A stretch of 64,000 nt of DNA from Hormiphora californensis (GCA_020137815.1 CM035352.1:2666001-2730000), one strand, 5' to 3'. Positions 1 through 14,568 are shown, counted from the first letter of the stretch. Numbers and translations are program-made. The notes: generated by a model from the sequence alone, not told the origin.

Positions 1-84
1 GTTTCTCCCTGATTTACCCCCTGATTTACCCCATCGATCATATCCGTAACCCGGGCCGGGCAAAGGTGTCAGTTTGACAACAAA

Positions 85-1055
85 TGGTCACCTTTCCAGC
101 CAACTAATTTCTGTTAGTTTTTGGCATAATTGGGGTATATTTTTGGTATTTTATGATGTGAAATACATTGTAAGACATGTCTGGACGTGTAAAGTCCGTC
201 AGGAATCGCTAAAATACGAAAATTTCAATTTTGACGTCATTATGACGTCATAGCGTGACGTCACGACGTTATAACGTCAAGATAGGGATGTATTATTATC
301 AGGCTCATCTAGATAAAGATGCTGACCAAGTTTGAGATCGATTGGACAAGATTTAAGGTCGCTCTGGCGAAAAACGCATTATCGTCATATCTATTTTCAT
401 ATAGTCTTAGTACTTCAGACGCGATTTGAGACCCTTAGAAATAGAGTTTCACAAATCCGCGATATAGTTTCTGAAAGTATAGACGATTATCTTTCGTAAG
501 TGCGGTCTCCGTTTTTCAATCAGAAGCCGTCTTCAGGGTGTAAATTGATCTCAAAGAAATTTGGTTGATTTGAAAAAACTCTTATCTTTATGACAGTTTG
601 TTAAGACGTTCTGGTTGGACCTAGAACATGAAAACTATTCGTCTACACAATTTGAACGATTATCTTTCGAATGCAACAAACTAGAAGTGTCTATCTTATG
701 TCGTTTTCTCTCAAAAATGATTATAAATTCGGTAAAAACAGCGTCTATCCATACATAGATAGATACATAGATAGATAGATACATAGATAGACCCGGGACA
801 TTTATTGCTTTTTTCACGATGCCATATCTCTAAAACTAAAAGAGATAGAGATTTGCCCTTTTAAACTACAGTAGATCTAGACTACGTGACACTGTATACC
901 AAATTTCAGACCGATCGGTGCAGTAGGGGCCTCCCTATGGGCGTCGCAAAATGCCATTTTTGGCTAAAAACTGAAAAAAGTTATTACTGCACTCTGGCAC
1001 GCGCGGCTGGGGGGAGGGGATGGTCACCTTTGCGCTTGCCAGCGCAGTGACAAAT
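85..1055 (-). mobile_element. Non-autonomous DINE-1/HINE-like (Helentron-type) repeat, putative
   Basis: Hairpin tgcgcttgccagcgca near 1030 is the reverse complement of the one near 3670; internal (ATAG)n tract at 755-790; subterminal tggtcaccttt repeated at both ends. Confidence 0.4.
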
Positions 1056-1894
1056 TTAGGGCCCACAGAAAATAGCTAATTGATGATTATATGTCGGCGT
1101 TATGCTTATACAGCGCTAACCGAAATCAAAACATCTAAGTATTCTACGGATCTAATTTATACTTTTCTTTCTTCCTTCTCTCCGCCGTACTCTCACCGAT
1201 ATTTTTTATCGACGTGTCCTACTCATAAAAAAGATTTAACGGATCTGACCACATGTATAACAAGAGAGGAACGTTATATTGAAATATAGCGAAAGTGGAA
1301 CCTGTTAGTGCAGTGTCTCCGAGTCCATCTTTTTATATGCCATATCTCTCTCTCTTTTCTCTCTCCCCCTCATTTTCGCTCTCACTCTCTCCCTTCATGA
1401 ACTTTTATAATAAGTGAGCTCTGAAAATTAACGCAGTACTGCCATCTCACTGTGATTCACAGTCACACCTATATCCTAGCCTAGGAATAGGTACGGTACC
1501 TGTGAGTTGCGGCAAGTGAACAGATGGATGTTGGGTGGAAGAAAGAGGAAGAGGGAGGGAAATAAAGTTGTTAGGTATCGAGAGAGGAGGAGAAAAAGAG
1601 AAGGCGCATGGAATATAGTTTACAATTGACATAATATTCTTAGTAAAAATATATGCATTTGTGGGTTAATACTAATTATTCCACAATGCAATGGACCTGT
1701 AAACATTGTAATTGTAAAGTTATAGCGTGCTAAAAAACAGCTAAAAAATAGACAACTATTGCAGTATTTTATGCTTCATTCTTGATATTCAACAGTCAAC
1801 ATGTTCACGGGAAATGAACAATGGCCCTGACACTATATTATAGTGGCACTGCGGCGGGAGTGCCGGGTTGATATTCCATAATGCACAAATCTGT

Positions 1895-4699
1895 ATGAAA
1901 GCAACGTTGTGTTTCGGTATTAAACTATTATTAGTTTATTTTCTTTTGGTACTGTTTTACCGCTCATGGTAAGGTTTTTATTGGCGTTTTACAGCATTTT
2001 TTTTTCGAGTGAAGCACGAGTGGAAGTTATATTAACAGACATTTTCTACCATCTAATGTGGACGTTTTTCAATCTATATCAGTCTGTTATCTCATCTGGA
2101 CAGTTATGTGAGCCGAGAGTGTTTAATTCAGTTTAATTCAGTGTTTTGGGTCTACCATTTTTTGATATACGTCTTTAAGTAACCGCTCAGATCGCCTCTC
2201 AGTGTCAGTGTCAGTTCTACTACCCTGGCCCTGTGAGGTAAGGGCGGCATATAAATAGACATATTATTATTATTATTATTATTATTAAACTAATTTTAAA
2301 ACAAAAGGGTGTCATTATAGGGAGAAGCCTTAGAGACATTGTGCTGTCTGACCGTCTGTTAATATAATTGTACTCTCGACATTATTATACAGAGGTCTAC
2401 ATTCCTACCCGCAACACTCTCACACATGCCATTTCAATCAATATTTCCCTTCACATTTCAACCAATATTCCACATTACCTTCCCCTACATTTCAACCAAT
2501 ATTCCACATTACCTTCCCCTACATTTCAATCAATATTCCACATTACCTTCCCTTCACATTTCAACCAATATTCCACATTACCTTCCCATACATTTCAACC
2601 AATATTCCACATTACCTTCCCCTACATTTCAACTAATATTCCACATTACCTTCCCAGGTCTACTACCCAGAGTGCTGCAGGATCAGAGGATCACTCTCAT
2701 GAACATGCCTTCCTTGGGGAGTACGCAGAGAGTGTGCTGGGAATGAAACCTCAGGAGCTGGAGGATCTTCTATACTGGCTGGTATGTGTTAGAAACATCT
2801 TGACAACCACCCCCTCCCCCCCCCTTAAAGTCGGATTTTGTTGTCATTTTTGTTGTCATTTTAATGTTAATTTTGATTTTTTCCCTGCCCGGGTGAATGC
2901 CGAATGCCCGGGTGATTGCCGAAGGCATTCACCCGGATGATCTTTTTAGCACGCACGTGCTAAAAAGATCATTCAGGGTTTAGAAATCAGCAGATCGTGG
3001 AGTTAACTAAAAGTGTCCGTCCGTCCGTCCGTCCACCGTTACACTTAGTAACAAAGTCTGCTCCTTCATAAAACTTTCAGCTCACACTTTGATTTTTTTT
3101 TTTTTTTTTTGGGGTCACTTAGCCACACGCTGAGCAAACCTCATACCACCCGGGTATGGGTAACTATGGCGCTAAGCTCCCCCCTTTCTCGATTATGATG
3201 AAATGGGGGGAACCTATGGCATCAGTCATAAAGTCTGTCGAGTTGGGATTGTTCTGGAACAAGGTAACGTTTTGCCTTTGAGAGAGTCTTGAGTTTGGTT
3301 TAGTCTGGAACAAGTTAACGTTTTGCCTTTGAGAGAGTCCTGAGTTTGGTTTAGTCTGGAACAAGGTAACGTTTTGCCTTTGAGGGTGTCTTGAGTTTAG
3401 TTTGGTCTGGAACAAGGTAGCATTTTGCCTCTGCGTGTAACTTGAGTTGGTCTGGGTTGAGGTAACGTTTCGCTTTAGCTAGCTAAAAGTGGTAAATAAA
3501 AATATAATCAAATCTCTCAATCGCCACATCCACTTTCAAACTCAATGCTACATAATATCATTTAAAATGTGTACACAATAGATGGTCAGACAAAAAGCCT
3601 TTACTTTTCAAACCCAATGCTATATAATTACATTTTCAATAACTTGTACACAATAGCTTTTGGGAACACTGCGCTGGCAAGCGCAAAGGAGGCCCCATCT
3701 AATGCCCCCACACACTTTGTTTATGCAACAAAGGAAATGATTAACACGCACAGTGCCGCGCAATTACTCACTCGTAACACTTCCTACTTTCACCCGAAAT
3801 CACTTTGGGTACCCTACAGCCGTACCATGACGTGGTAGCAAGTCTTCTAAGCATGAAACTACTATCACATAATAATTGTAAGTGACTGGAGTTAAGATGA
3901 GGGTAAAGTTGAAGCACTTGGTAACCAACTAGGGTCTCCTAAGCAACTGTCTTGGTTATCATAGCAACTGCCTTGGTTACCATAGCAACTGCTTTGATTA
4001 CCATAGCAACCACTCTGGATACCATAGCAACTAACATCGTATCAGCCAAAAATTGCTCTTTGAGTGCAAAATTCATCGGGAAATCCAGTTTTGAAGCTTA
4101 GTCATCAATTTTACACCCATCTGGGGCAGGGAAACACCGCATTATGAATACATAATGCAATAATTCTTGTTTTCAGCAGGCACAGATGTACCAACTGCAA
4201 CTGTTGCTAAAATTTGTCCCCCTTTCAAAAATAAATGGGGGACATTTTTAACAAGTTGGAAGTTGGTGTGTCTTCTGAAGAAATTAAAAAAACTATTTAT
4301 ATTTTTGTTTAGTGTGTTACTGTTCTTACTAATTTAGTAACTAAACAAACTAACCGAGCTGCGATAGAAAAAAGAACCAGGTTTCATAATAAACACTAAA
4401 AGATGTGTAACTCAATTATGAACATTGAACAAGCCTTGAATGTACATATACCCTTTTAGAAACAGATACCACGCTCAGAAACCAGCGTAAACTAGAACTA
4501 ATCATGAGTTAATCAGGAATTACAATTTATAGCCCAAGTTAAACGAACCATTTCCTGTAACACAAATGTGCGAAATCAAATTAATTTTGATCCATTGTGA
4601 CATGTTTAGAATTGACAGCAAAACATCATAACCAACTTAGACTGTATTGTCTCTCTCTCTTTCTCTCTTTCTCTCTTTCTCTCTTTCTCTCTTTCTCTC

Positions 4700-4781
<82 letters not shown>

Positions 4782-5094
4782 TATTCTCTGCAGTACGTCT
4801 TGCATGTCCACCAGTTCATTGTCCAACGATTTGGTATAGTCTCCAACTCATCGTCAAACAATGATATTGAATATAGGCAGGCAACACGAGAGGCAACAAG
4901 AGAGTACCGATACTAAAGATAAAGAAAAACCTTCTGGATTTTCATGCCCGAGTGCCCGACACAGTTGGCAACAGTCCTTTCCTCTCGGTCCCTTTGATTA
5001 TACCCATTACTAAAATTATGAATTATAGGTTTCTTACAACATAGACATCAACCTGGTGAGGTTGGTTGTGAGACTACCCTTTCCTCTCTGTCTA

Positions 5095-5181
<87 letters not shown>

Positions 5182-8100
5182 ACCCTCTATCTCACGATAG
5201 TGTACCTTCTACCTATACTACGGGAACAAACACAATACGGTAGACGATAAAGATATTGATATAGCTACCCCGTGTGGTCTTCTATTGAACGAACTGTCCA
5301 TATATTGGTGGTTGGACTCCATCTAAATGGGATTAACATCTATACTGAATTCCCGGTAATTCTCTCTTATAAAGGTCAACCATGAGGCCACCTGCAGCCC
5401 GTTTAAGTGGTAGCATAATTGAGCCACGTCTAGTGGTAGGGCCAGGCTGTCTATTTAGTAAGGGGTTGAGGGGGTAGGGCCGTGGAGTAAGGGACAAAGG
5501 CTAAGGTAGCTGTTCTAAGCAATTTACCCCTTCAAGCGGGAGGAGGGGGCACTGAGAAAGAGACATCAACCCATAGCATAATATATATTTAAAGGGGCAC
5601 TCTCATCCAAAACGCATAATTATTTATGACCGTTTTGCTGTGATTCAGGACAAAAGAAGGCAATTGCAGCTCTGTCTAGCATGACAACAATAGCACGTGA
5701 TATTTTGTTAGATGCGTGCCTCATTAATGCCTTGACCCTCTCCGCGCCCGGAAAGGAGGGCTAGAACATAACAACCCCATTATAATAGGAAGGAGCAGCG
5801 GACCATATACCACAACCATGAAAAAGTATGATTGGAGTTGCCCTGGACTCATATTTAAAGAGTGCACCTCTCTTTTTCTATTACAAAGAATATTTCCCTC
5901 GCCATGTTATTAGCAAATTAACTGAAGAGGAAGATTTCGATTAATATAAGACCATGAGTTTTGCTTATTATGTGGCTAGTAAAAATGAGATGATAACAAT
6001 ATTATACCGATCGATTAGATGGCGAAAGTATGACGTAAGAGACTAGTTTAATAAGTTTAATTTGAATTCTGGTTGATCTTGTTTTACCTCCTTTAATTTA
6101 CGGAGAGAGAGAGGGTCGAACAAGGCAAGGATATGCTGCCGCTAGATATATATAGTGGTCGAGTTACTAGGAGTTGGCAGGTCGGTAGAACTTCGACAGA
6201 ATTTAGGGCAGGTAAATTTAGGGCAGGTCTGAATTTAGGGCTTCTCGCTATTCCTACTCATCTAAAACATTGACCCAAATTCCTATCTTCTAATATCTCT
6301 CCATAACTATTGTAACAAGTAAATAATATTAAATCTCCCCCAAAGAATTCCTAAATATTTGTATCCTCCTAACTCACTCTCATCTGACTAACTCTCAGTC
6401 ACTCTGAGTATTCAGACCTAAATTCAGACCCGCCCTAAATTCAGAGCTGCCCTAAATTCAGACCCGCCCTAAATTCAGAGCTGCCCTAAATTCAGACCTG
6501 CCCTAAATTGACCTGCCCTAAATTCTGTCGAAGTTCTACCGACCTGCCTGCAATATTCAATGAGATTACATAACAAAGACATTACATTAATAGTAAAATC
6601 AAAACTTCTTTCCTGTATTATAGAGCAACAGAGTCATCTCGTGACTAGTTTTAACGTATGCGGATCGGAAGGCTAATGAATATTTAAAATAAAATCAGAA
6701 TTTTGTTTTGCTCCGACACAGGTGGCCTCTGGCCATATAAGTGTAAAATACAGATTATTTACACCTTGAGATATGTATATCCCTTCCCTCACATGAACTA
6801 TTTCTATCACGATCCTGCAGTCAGTGTGAAGAGAACTTGGCCTCTCTATATTGAATCTCCTCTCTAGATTTAATCCTCCTCTCTGTATTTAATCTCACTT
6901 ACCATCAAGTATTCTATGATGATCTATATCGCCCAAATACTACTCTTCATGAATGCACTACCCCCGACCACACCTCCAATATCCATGTTAACACCATCAT
7001 GTTATCATGTTATCATGTTAACACCAGATCTCTGCCCAGGTTGAACAGAGGATAGACCAGAACAAGGATATGAAGTTGAGTGCTAACGAGTTGCAACATT
7101 GGATGAGGCACGTCTACCATCGGGACCTGGAAAACAATATCATCGAAGCTTTCAATACTGCTAACGTAAAAGGGGTAAGCGATCAGGAGAGTGATCCAGG
7201 ATCCTAGTGTAGCCTTATCATATATATCACCACGTGAAGGGTTGAGGCATCAAGATCACGCACTAAACTGGCTGGATAACTCATGTTGGTTATGTGGTCA
7301 GGATATATCACATGGTAGGTAGTCATGAAATCGGTGATAGAAAACCCAACACAACGATTGGTTACCTGTACTGATACAGTGATGGCGGCACGCATTTTAT
7401 ACCCTTTACTCATGCGACATCCTGTCAGAAGACGCGTTGCTGGGATTGGTTGCGACAGGACGAGACCTAGGTATAAATTGACATAAAATGCAAAAAGTCT
7501 AGTACATATAATATCATGTCTCTACCAGTACAAAAAAGAGTGAGTGGTTTGAGATAGCTGTCAACCAATATTTCTCACAGCATAGTGAAGGTAATTAAAC
7601 CTAAAAAGGATCTGTATATCTTCATTCTTCAAAGAAATTTATAACAAAGAATAGCGGAACATTAAATTGTTGGGAAATAATCATCCTATATAACTTCCCT
7701 TTTTCCTTAATAAAGTAAAGAAACTTTAGAACAACTGAGCTGAAATTGAAAGAACATTGAGCGTTGATAAAATCGAATTTATCGATCTGATTCGATCTTT
7801 CTTCAAAGAGAAGATAAACACATTTTCTTGATACTATCAACACTATTATGTAGTAAACTAGGAAACCAACTGACCAGGACCAAGAAGACCGCGTATAAGA
7901 GCGTTACTAACCCGGTTAGAACAATATCAAGGACTTGTTGCTGATATAGTGCCGGAACCTAAAATATTTAGTTAGTAAATAATCGATTACTAGGATGTCG
8001 ACTGTCGAGACTTGGAGATATCATCGTTACGTCTCGAAGAAGATGTTTTATCATGCGGTCTGTAAATTTCAGCTTTTCTTTCCTCTCGTTCTCTATCCCC

Positions 8101-11100
8101 CTCTCTCTCTATCTTTCTCTCACCTTCGCTCTATCAGTCTGTCGCATCTCAACTAATTTCGATCGTAGAAAGTTGTCATCGCACCACCAGCTCCCGTGTT
8201 TAACAAATTGACAGAACCCATACAAACATCGAGCAATAATTGTCATCAGAAATTAGTCAAAATAATTAAGTTGAGATTTGAAATAAAATGAAAACATTCA
8301 TTTTTTTAGCGTATTAAGATTGAAATCAACGGCTTAACTTTTTATACTAAGTGGCGTGAATGTACAGATGACAGAACTAGAAGTAAAATACTTGTATCGT
8401 GTGAGTTGCATGAATACTATCGACTTTATACTAGAATGTAAGACGTAAGTTGTTTGAAAGGTGAGCAGGTTTTTATGCAATTTCGATGCGCTCGTGTTCA
8501 TTCTGAAGTACTGTTCTACTCTCCAACTATTCTGCAGTACCTCCAAGTGCAGTGACAGCTGTTTTTCAAATAGTCAATTAGAAGCTTACAGGGGGACTAG
8601 AAGAAGGGAAATAATTCATTACAGTACCACACACTCACACACGGGACGAGAATCGTAAAGCAACATGGGCCCTTACCATACTAGAGTTGTACAGCTTGCG
8701 TTACATACTGACAGCTTCTATATTTGTGTATAACCATGTAGCAATTTTCACAACCAATCTCTCTTCATTCTATATTTTATTTCCTGAATCTAATAAACTT
8801 TCCCACAAAATCTCAATCCCTCTCTTATCAGGATAACGATATTTCATTTAAAGAGTATCGACAGTGGTTGTTCACTCAGCCGGACACCCCAGAGAGAACT
8901 GAGAAGTCTGAGAACAGGCTGGTAGCTCGATGGAGATTGGCTGATGACAACGGTGACGGCAGATTATCCCTGTGAGTAGTAGACCCTCAGCTACCACGTA
9001 CAAGTGGTGGTTTCCCGTGGCATGCTAGGTCGTGTTAAAGTGTCACCAGGCACGCCGTGAGTGTTTTTGGTTGGTTAAGTCAACCCTATTACGCTGTATA
9101 TAGAGCTCGCGTGGAGGGGTAATTTCATTAGCAAAGTTTTTGGAGCAAGAAAAGGGCTGGTCGGGAGAGTCTAAACTAGGCGAAGTGTGTTTTTTAAGTG
9201 CCCTCACACGACATGACACTAACATCTACCAAAGCTGGGCGTTGTGCCTAATGCTGCCTCTTGAGGGCTTATTAAGAATCGCACTAATCTATGAATAAGA
9301 CATAATTCAAAATTAGCTTGATGGCTATACAGTGCTCAATCTTTTCAGAGAGCTATTAACACGAAAACCAAACACAGAAAATTCGTTTTCTTTGGTTTTC
9401 GTATGAATAAGACATGGTAGTTTAGTCAGTTGAACTACAAACAGAGAGATGGTTGGAAGTAGAAAGAGAGAGCTAGATCGTAGGATGAATAGTGACAAAA
9501 CAAGACTAATGGCAACATATGAAGGAGTATGTATGTAGTACATAGCTGTATCTAGCGAATTTATAATCACGATCTTCCATTCGTCCTATAGCACAGTTAT
9601 CGACAGTATATTTAACGTGATCTAGAAATGACAGGAAATGAGTTCACAGTATTTAGTTGCCACCACAAGTACAATAACTCAGATAATTTGACACTTTACT
9701 CGATATATGGGAGGTATATAGGGGCCACTGCAGCTCCATCCTTCAATATTCATATGTCAGAGTATTGTCCTGACACATATTCATAGCACTTCCACACTTG
9801 TTCCTCTGACTCACTCACATGAATTATGGAACTTGGCAACATGCCCTGCCCCGGGTAGCGTATATGTTCCGACGGAACATACAAGCTGACAAGAGGGTAC
9901 TGTCCTTGCCTAACACACCGGGTAAAATGTACTACGGAACTTCCGTAGTACATAGTACCCGGTGTGTTAGGCAAGGACAGTACCCTCTTGTCTACCTATG
10001 ATACACAGAAGCACAGCTACCTTATTCAACAACAGCTACCATCAGGAGCTAGCTGCTAGACACATAATATTATCCACGTGCTACACTGGGGGTTGCCACT
10101 TTAACTTATAATATATGATTAGAACAACTCACTGCTTCGTGTGTTTATGTACACAGTATATAATAGCACCGGGTATTAGGGGCAACAGAATATTAGGTAC
10201 CTCATAGCGTCTTGACTTGATCTACCGAACCCTCACAGAGCGCGATGTGAGCCACACAAGTCTTGACAAGAGACTAGTGAGCAGTAGGAAAACATAATAT
10301 TAATAATAATAAAATGGGCTGGGGTGGCTGGTTGTGGGACTATAATATTTTCTCATTAGCTACATGACATATGACACAGATATGATAATTGACAGATCTG
10401 TGTCATGTATCATCTCTCTCCCCCTCTATCTCCCTTTCTCTCTATTTCTAACATCTCGATCTCATTCCAGAGGAGAGTTTGGTGTTTTCTATGCCCCTGA
10501 TGAGCCACACCACAAAAAGATGCACGGCCTTCTGGTGGATGAATACATTGAGGACAGAGATACAGACGGAGATTATATTCTTTCTTTCAACGAATGGGCA
10601 GGTAAAGAAATGAGCGAGTCGAGTTGTATCGACTATCGATCTGATCAATTGATCGTACTGTACATTATCTTTACTTCTGCTCCAGAGACAAACAGGAATA
10701 TTATGGCTAATATGGCAGCAATTATTGGCAGTTTAAAACATTTTCAATCCCCCAAAAACTTCAAACGAACTCCAAACAGGTCCCATTGTTGGAGATGATG
10801 ACATTGGTACTGACGAGATTTGGGAGATGGAGATGAAGGCCCGGTTTAAGGATGCTGATGAGAATAAAGATGGGGAACTGCACCATCCTGAGGTAGAGCA
10901 CTTCTTGTTCCCTCTTGAGGAAGATACGGAGGCGGACGAAGAAGCACTACATATCCTTGGTGAGCGAACTTGACGAGACTATCTTGTAAATGTACAATAG
11001 TCACGTGGTGTTTCTAGCTTAGTGTCATCCAATTTTCGTTAATCATTCATTAGTTCTGGCGCCGGATTCCTTGTAGCTAGGTACCAGCTAGTGGCTAGTG

Positions 11101-11265
11101 CCAGTGGTCAGTACTAACAACTTGTCTCTCATTCTCTCAGCTGAGGTAGATGATGATGGAGATGGTCTGGTGTCCCATCTGGAGATGATGAAACACCTGA
11201 GGATATTTGTGGGCAGTCAGGTCCTACAACACGGCAAACTATTCCACGCAGCAGATGAGCTATGA
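1895..11265 (+). CDS. CREC-family (calumenin/reticulocalbin-like) multi-EF-hand ER protein; exons ~1895-1968 (tentative), 2658-2781, 7040-7174, 8832-8971, 10471-10601, 10780-10959, 11141-11265
   Basis: Phase-consistent GT-AG exons encode DHSHEHAFLGE, EF-hand loops (DQNKDMKLSANE, DDNGDGRLSLGE, DTDGDYILSFNE, DENKDGELHHPE, DDDGDGLVSHLE) and C-terminal FVGSQ...HAADEL* (KDEL-like ER retention). The first exon (hydrophobic MKATLCFGIKLLLVYFLLVLF) is tentative. Confidence 0.85.
2445..2657 (+). repeat. ~34-bp tandem minisatellite ending at the CREC exon-2 splice acceptor
   Basis: About 6 copies of catttcaaccaatattccacattaccttcccct; the last copy ends ttcccAG. Confidence 0.9.
2881..3701 (+). mobile_element. 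DINE-1/HINE-like non-autonomous element
   Basis: 5' hairpin gccgaaggcattcacccggatg...gggtttagaa (shared with 35998-36070), (GTCC)n microsatellite at 3015-3033, internal ~47-bp tandem repeats, 3' hairpin tgcgctggcaagcgca. Confidence 0.55.
3250..3470 (+). repeat. ~47-bp tandem repeat, with a reverse-complement copy at 41258-41455
   Basis: Unit ctggaacaaggtaacgttttgcctttgagagagtcttgagtttggtttagt, 4-5 copies. Confidence 0.85.
4650..4776 (+). repeat. (CT)n microsatellite
   Basis: Direct reading. Confidence 0.95.
5098..5180 (+). repeat. (CT)n microsatellite
   Basis: Direct reading. Confidence 0.95.
6176..6548. mobile_element. MITE with long terminal inverted repeats
   Basis: TIR ggcaggtcggtagaacttcgacagaatttagggcagg at the left and its exact reverse complement at the right; subterminal ccctaaattcaga repeats; no clear TSD. 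Confidence 0.8.
9888..9992. repeat. Near-perfect ~105-bp palindrome (foldback MITE-like)
   Basis: gacaagagggtactgtccttgcctaacacaccgggta ... tacccggtgtgttaggcaaggacagtaccctcttgtc. Confidence 0.85.
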
Positions 11266-11678
11266 GTTGCACACTGCAGTACAGTGCACTAAGCACTTTG
11301 ACTTTGAGTATAACTGACTCTGAGTTTGTTTAGATCGTGTCATACTATGACACGATCTAAACTAACTCATAGTGATTCATTACCAATACCATGGTTTACC
11401 ATGAACTTGAAGCGACGTAATATTGCTATTATCATTATGTAATTACTGAGCATTTTTCGTGCCCCGTAGATTTTACGGATTCAAATTGAAACAAAGCAAT
11501 CGTTTTATTTGTCGTACGTTTAATTACTTGTGACGCGCGAAAACATCACAAATAAAAGCAGATTTGCGCGCGCACTACGGAGTGTTTTAACGGCGCGCGC
11601 TCGCGCTGAGAAACTGTTTTTGAACTTTTCGGCATTTTTTTAAGACGGCTGCGCCGTGCAAAAATTTCGAATTTCATC

Positions 11679-11830
11679 ATGAGGCCCCTCGGAAATGTTC
11701 AAGTCATGCACAATCAAGTCACGCCCACCAATCACAGCTCAGAACGCACGGAGTGCTTCGCGCGTTCTGAGCTGTGATTGGTGGGCGTGACTTGATTGTG
11801 CATGACTTGAACATTTCCGAGGGGCCTCAT
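11679..11830. repeat. Perfect inverted repeat with ~69-bp arms and short loop; a second inverted repeat follows at ~11843-11990
   Basis: atgaggcccctcggaaatgttcaagtcatgcacaatcaagtcacgcccaccaatcacagctcagaacgc and its exact reverse complement. Confidence 0.9.
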
Positions 11831-13071
11831 TGATGAGTAAAGTCCATTTTTTTTCAACTGTTCACCCAAAAACTGAAATTTGATAAAAAATTAAAATTTG
11901 GGTGGCGCGCGCTACACGTTAACATGTGATAAACGCGCAAAATAATTCCGCGCACGACTTTGGGGGGTGAACAGTTGAAAAAAAATGGAGTATAATGAGT
12001 TCATGACCGTATTTTAGGGGCATTTTATACTCCGAAGTGTATTTGAATTAAATGAAGGTGCTAAAGAGCCATTCTTCAACCCTGTCCGGGCTGCCGGCTG
12101 TCCTCAGTCAGCCCGCAGGCTCAGGGGCGGTGCGCAGCTTGCAGCCGCGTCCGCCCATATGAGTCCAGGATCGGGGCGGAGCCCCAGTAGGGGGTAGAGG
12201 GCCGAGTCCCCATAACGGGGACCAGTGTAGGGGCGGAGCCCCGGCGGGGGTGTAGGGGCAGCCGGCAGAACCCCCGCGAGCAGGACCAGGGGCCGGCCCC
12301 TAAGTCCGAAGTCCTAACACAAGTCAAGTGGAGATAAAACAAGTGTTATATCCGTGGTGTTCTGACATACTACATATTTCCGGGATGGGCATTATCAGTA
12401 AGTTGCTAGCCACACGGACCACGGTATAGCCTGTACCGGTTTGTATGTTCTAGATTTACCCTAGATTCTTATCATTTCAAGATAAAGATACGAACTGTCG
12501 TAAAACCTGTAAACGTGGCCTAATATGACGTACTTGTAACGTCACTTTTTATCTGTATTCTTGTTTTTTAGAGATTAGAAGCCTCCTTATAAATACCCTT
12601 TGCGCTCTACTGCTTGGAATTATTTGTTGCACTGTTAATGTTTGGGTATGATATCCCCTCTTTCTTCTATCGTCCTGTGCTGTCTCTCTCTCATGTTCCC
12701 CTTCCCCAAAAGAGAGGGGACCCGTACCCCGTACCCAATGTTAATGTTATATTGTAACATTAGGGTGGTCCATAGATATTTCATATTTGTATTTACTGGT
12801 ACTAACGTTTAAAAGCTTTGTGATAGTCGGAGCCATATAATTGCTACATGACCTTATTTCTGATGACCCGCCAAGGGAAAACCGTTATGAACTTCATCTA
12901 TAGTAAAAAGTTTTGGTCACAACACCACAATCCACATGGATTACGCTAATATATCCGCCCCTTTTTTGATATGTCATTTTATATTCCTTTTCCTCGACCT
13001 CAGCTAGCTTTGATCACAGTGGGGATCACAGTGGTTAACAACCCTCTATTCAACTATAGCAAATAGCAAAT

Positions 13072-14120
13072 ATGAAGTGCGGTGGTTCTAGTGAGGTTAA
13101 ACCTGCTGATGCTGAGGTGAAGGAGATCTGTCAGAAGGTACAATTACATTGTGCTGAGCACATGAATTGCTTTGTTTGGGGTGGGGGATATTTTGACAAG
13201 AAGAGGCAGAAGATTTACTTTTGGTTTCTATCCATCTCACATTTGAAATCTCTCCACAATCGATATTCTCCCTTTTTCAGATTAAAGGTGCTGCTGAGAC
13301 CCACGCTGCTAAAAAGTTTGAATGTTTCGAGGCTGTCGAGTACTGCAGTCAAATGGTCGCTGGAACTAACTACTTTGTCAAGGTGAGTTGAAACAGAGAG
13401 TGGCAGTCACTCTCCCGTAGTTCCATAGAATTGATTATCCCTCCTTCATTTATCTGCACTGTTGTTTCTCAATAAAAAGTTGATTTGCAAGATAAATGTT
13501 GCATGAAAACTGTGCTGTGAGTAGCCCACACCCTTCCTTTCCTGCTTTTCTCATAGCCTATCCCACGCATCTAGAGAAGAATATTCTACAAATGGCACAT
13601 GGCTCATATTTCGACTTTATTCAATCTGTCTCGCTGTTCATTCTCTCTAGGTTTCCATTCCTCATTCTCTGCCCTTTCACTTCTCTCACCTCCCGTTGGC
13701 TCAATAAGCCACCTGTGTGTAATGCGATCTACCGTTTGAAACATCTCCCCAACATCTCACAAAAGAGTTATTGTGCGTACTGTGAGTGTGTTATAATAGT
13801 AGAGAGACGTTTGAGAGTGGTATGATGAAAAGGAGAAAAACGAGAGAAAGTTAGAGAGAGTGAGATAGAAAGAGAGGGCCCAAAGAGAGAGTAAAAAAGC
13901 GACGATAGACATTGGACAGAGAATATAAGGAGAAAAAGCCTACTATAACAATGGCTCTACACAATGTAACACGAGTGTGTCCTACTAGGTGAAGGTGGAC
14001 AATGGGGACAGCCACGTCCACGTGAGAGTGTTCAAGTCTCTTCCCCATGCTGGGGCCGAGTTGTCAGTCCACTCCATGCAACATGAGAAAACCAGCGCCT
14101 GCCCCCTTGAATACTTCTAA
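13072..14120 (+). CDS. Type 1 cystatin (stefin/cystatin-B-like), isoform A; exons 13072-13137, 13281-13382, 13989-14120
   Basis: MKCGG N-terminus, QMVAG (QxVxG) followed by TNYFVKV, HVRVFKSLPH and C-terminal LEYF*; phase-0 GT-AG introns. Confidence 0.93.
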
Positions 14121-14568
14121 AGATATAGTCCGGGGACTAATTGCGAGGGGGTTTTGGGATATTTAGACGAGGTCTAGGACTATTTGCATTAACAGACTTT
14201 ATTCAATTGTTTTCAACCACACTAAGAATTCTCGAGAAACTGGGTTACCATCACTATTATAATTGTATGTTTAATATTTGTGTGTATTACAATCTATTGG
14301 CATGTTGATTTAACCTCTTGTGATTTCTTCTGAAAAACAGAAAATGAGATCTTGCTGCATTACATGACTGACTCCCGCCAGGCTGACACTAAACACTACA
14401 GCTGTAACACACGCACAGAGCTACAGACATCTGATACCACTATCACTGCCAGCGTGATCTCATTTTCTTGTTTCCCCGTGTACAGTAGCGCGCGAACGCC
14501 ATTCCCCCAATTTGCAGACATGTCTGCGCGAAACTCACCAATTCTACAAATTCGCCCTCCCGTTTCAG

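Noticed and set aside
2191-2237. Possible alternative CREC 5' exon (IASQCQCQFYYPGPV, good donor)
   Set aside because: No in-phase start exon could be tied to it; unresolved.
2368-2940. 190-aa ORF with repeats
   Set aside because: Read-through of an intronic minisatellite; only 2658-2781 is exon.
4597-5250. SLSLSL/ERERER ORFs (also at 49129-49405 and 57734-58134)
   Set aside because: Microsatellite translations.
12080-12310. GC-rich patch with ggggcggagcccc motifs
   Set aside because: Looks like a repeat fragment; no ends or product could be defined.
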